From assembly GCA_032718475.1 (NCBI GenBank), contig JAUCBJ010003703.1, forward strand, positions 1-64,000: DNA of 64,000 nucleotides, written 5' to 3'. The position numbers and the translations under genes are program-made. A model generated the notes under the pieces. It was not told where the DNA came from and ran no database searches. It worked only from the letters and a program-made list of their open reading frames with translations. The stretch comes from Nemertoderma westbladi. Its lineage: Eukaryota; Animalia; Xenacoelomorpha. This document shows, piece after piece, positions 62,469 through 64,000 of the stretch; position 1 is the first letter of the stretch, and the number at the start of each line of letters is the position of its first letter.

Positions 62469-63650
62469 ATGGCAAACCAGGGTGTGGTATTTGCCCCGAG
62501 AGCTGACTCGGCAAAAAAGCACCCCCCAACCCCCACTATGGATTACATTAGTAATGCGGAGGTCCAGCCACTAGAGGCCAGTGGAATGACTGGACACAAT
62601 CGGCCTCACAGGCGTCAGTTATCTCCTGACCGGCTGCCTGTCTCACCCCCTACTGGAGAGAGAGCGGCAAACAATTCTTTGAGTCCCTTTCCTGATGACC
62701 TTTCTGGCCCAAACCCTGGGTCACCAGGGAGGCCACATCGTGAGGGGGAGAGGGATTCTGGAGTTGGAGGCTACTCTCATGTTCCACCCCGACCAACAAA
62801 GCCATTAGTGAATCTGAGGCAGGTCACTAGACTAGCCTCAGTAAACACCCTAACACTAGGGTCCCCAATGCGACAAGGTGAGCTGACTGCCTTGGCAGAT
62901 AAGCTTTCTCTTAGTGCAGTGGGTGTTCAAGAGCACCGAATGCAGACTGGACAGACTGATGAGGTTCTGATTAAGGACATGGGGGGCGGTTGGCGACTCG
63001 CCCTCGCTTCAGCAGATGATAGTGGCAATAGGCTTTCCTTGAATAGGCTTTCCAGGATTTGGAAGTCACCGAGAATTAATCGGAAACTTAAGGTCCGATT
63101 ATTCAGAGCAGCAGTAGTTCCAGTACTCCTCTATGGGAGTCCATGCTGGGCTCTAACTGCTGAGGATACCAAATCTCTGGATGGCACATTCACAAGAATG
63201 CTACGCCGGGTTCATTGTGTCAAGTACAATGCTCACATCTCCAAGCAGACACTATATAACATTGGAGGTGTCTCATTGGTTCCCCCAAGCTTGACACTAG
63301 AACAAAATCGCCTCCGCTTTGCAGGACATTGCTTTCGCCGTGAAGACCAGCCAGTGCATAATCTTGTACTTTGGCAGCCTCATGGAGTGAATAAGCATGG
63401 TGGACAGCCCATGACTTTCTTGAGACGCATCTTAAAGGACACTGGCCTTGAAGATGCGGATGATCTAACAAATGTCATGGGTGATAGGGAGTTGTGGCGG
63501 CGCAATTTTGTCGACAACAATATTTTGCATAGCATTCTTAAAAATGCAGCTGCAATGCAGCATGCCGATCCTAGTAGTAGGAACTCTTTAGTCTCAGAGA
63601 AGCATACAGTAGAACTAATAACAAGTGATGAAATTCCCGAGGAACTGTAG
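62469..63650 (+). CDS. RTE/RTEX-type non-LTR element ORF with an in-frame internal deletion (no complete endonuclease or RT)
   Basis: 393-aa open frame: Pro-rich leader and APE start LASVNTLTL..VGVQEHR, fused at about 63030 to post-RT LNRLSRIWKS..KVRLFRAAVVPVLLYGSPCWALT..LDGTFTRMLR..RLRFAGHCFR. Confidence 0.8.
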   Translation: MANQGVVFAPRADSAKKHPPTPTMDYISNAEVQPLEASGMTGHNRPHRRQLSPDRLPVSPPTGERAANNSLSPFPDDLSGPNPGSPGRPHREGERDSGVGGYSHVPPRPTKPLVNLRQVTRLASVNTLTLGSPMRQGELTALADKLSLSAVGVQEHRMQTGQTDEVLIKDMGGGWRLALASADDSGNRLSLNRLSRIWKSPRINRKLKVRLFRAAVVPVLLYGSPCWALTAEDTKSLDGTFTRMLRRVHCVKYNAHISKQTLYNIGGVSLVPPSLTLEQNRLRFAGHCFRREDQPVHNLVLWQPHGVNKHGGQPMTFLRRILKDTGLEDADDLTNVMGDRELWRRNFVDNNILHSILKNAAAMQHADPSSRNSLVSEKHTVELITSDEIPEEL

Positions 63651-63766
63651 GAACAATATCTTTGGGTTGACTCACAAAAAAGTCTTGTTTCGGTTAGCTT
63701 TCAAGAAATATCTGACAATTCCACACACATCTGCCAAAGATTGTTACATTAAATTCGAATTATTAA

Positions 63767-64000
63767 GGGGGGGGTACACCATTTTCGGACAACTCTTCGA
63801 TTTATCACTCTCAGCGTTTCAAAATTGTTTGGTTTTGGCTAAAATTTGGCATATAGGTGCCTAAGATGCTATTCTACATGACAGGTCAGAAAAAAAATTT
63901 TTTTCGCTATTTAATATTAGTTAATACTAGTTAACAATAAAAAAAACTTGGTTGCGCTTAAAACCCTAAGGCTTTTACAGTTTTGAACCTAATCACATGA
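63767..64000 (+). mobile_element. Probable left end of a TTAA-targeting (Kolobok-like) MITE running off the window
   Basis: TTAA (63763-63766) followed by GGGGGGGGTACACC; no partner end visible. Confidence 0.35.

Noticed and set aside
62400-62520. HDV-like ribozyme at the RTE 5' end
   Set aside because: Hairpins are present, but I could not build the P1/P2/P3/P1.1 nested pseudoknot by eye. An RNArobo or Infernal search would be decisive.
10060-63650. Uni-strand piRNA-cluster-like orientation bias of TE fragments
   Set aside because: Many elements are on the minus strand, but several (piggyBac, CR1, the 40.2-kb and 47.3-kb LINEs, RTE, the EnSpm gene) are on plus. The bias is too weak without small-RNA data.
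1-64000. Hammerhead ribozymes at CTGATGA/CTGAAGA sites (e.g. 24, 9612, 46771, 62956)
   Set aside because: None of the sites inspected has stem II followed by GAAA and a closing stem III.

Overview
AT-rich eukaryotic (very likely invertebrate animal) genomic DNA made almost entirely of nested transposon insertions around one plausible host gene. That gene is a minus-strand tandem C2H2 zinc-finger gene (13507-15174). Its array originally ran on to about 11443 but now ends at a premature stop, and the decayed tail is split by a hAT MITE. Insertions resolved by reading TIRs and TSDs: (1) an internally deleted piggyBac (6620-8811); (2) a tRNA-headed SINE; (3) a full-length CR1-group LINE with a 13-bp TSD, containing a hAT MITE that contains a Mutator/Foldback element; (4) an 18.7-kb nest (27808-46556) bounded by a CAGTC-ended element with a 5-bp TSD, holding a hAT>Foldback pair, a CR1 fragment and a second CAGTC/5-bp-TSD element that carries an animal EnSpm-like element with a 3.5-kb 30-bp minisatellite; (5) a degenerate BEL/Pao LTR retrotransposon (tRNA-Gly PBS) interrupted by a Helentron-type HINE and a CAC-ended TIR element; (6) an in-frame, internally deleted RTE-type element. 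The most novel-looking signal is a ~42-nt covarying RNA motif (GGAC-stem-TGGAAAY-hairpin-N-stem-YAA-TYC) shared by the 3' regions of the SINE and two divergent LINEs. No rRNA, bona fide tRNA gene or CRISPR array was seen. All family assignments come from motif recognition by eye, not from database searches.
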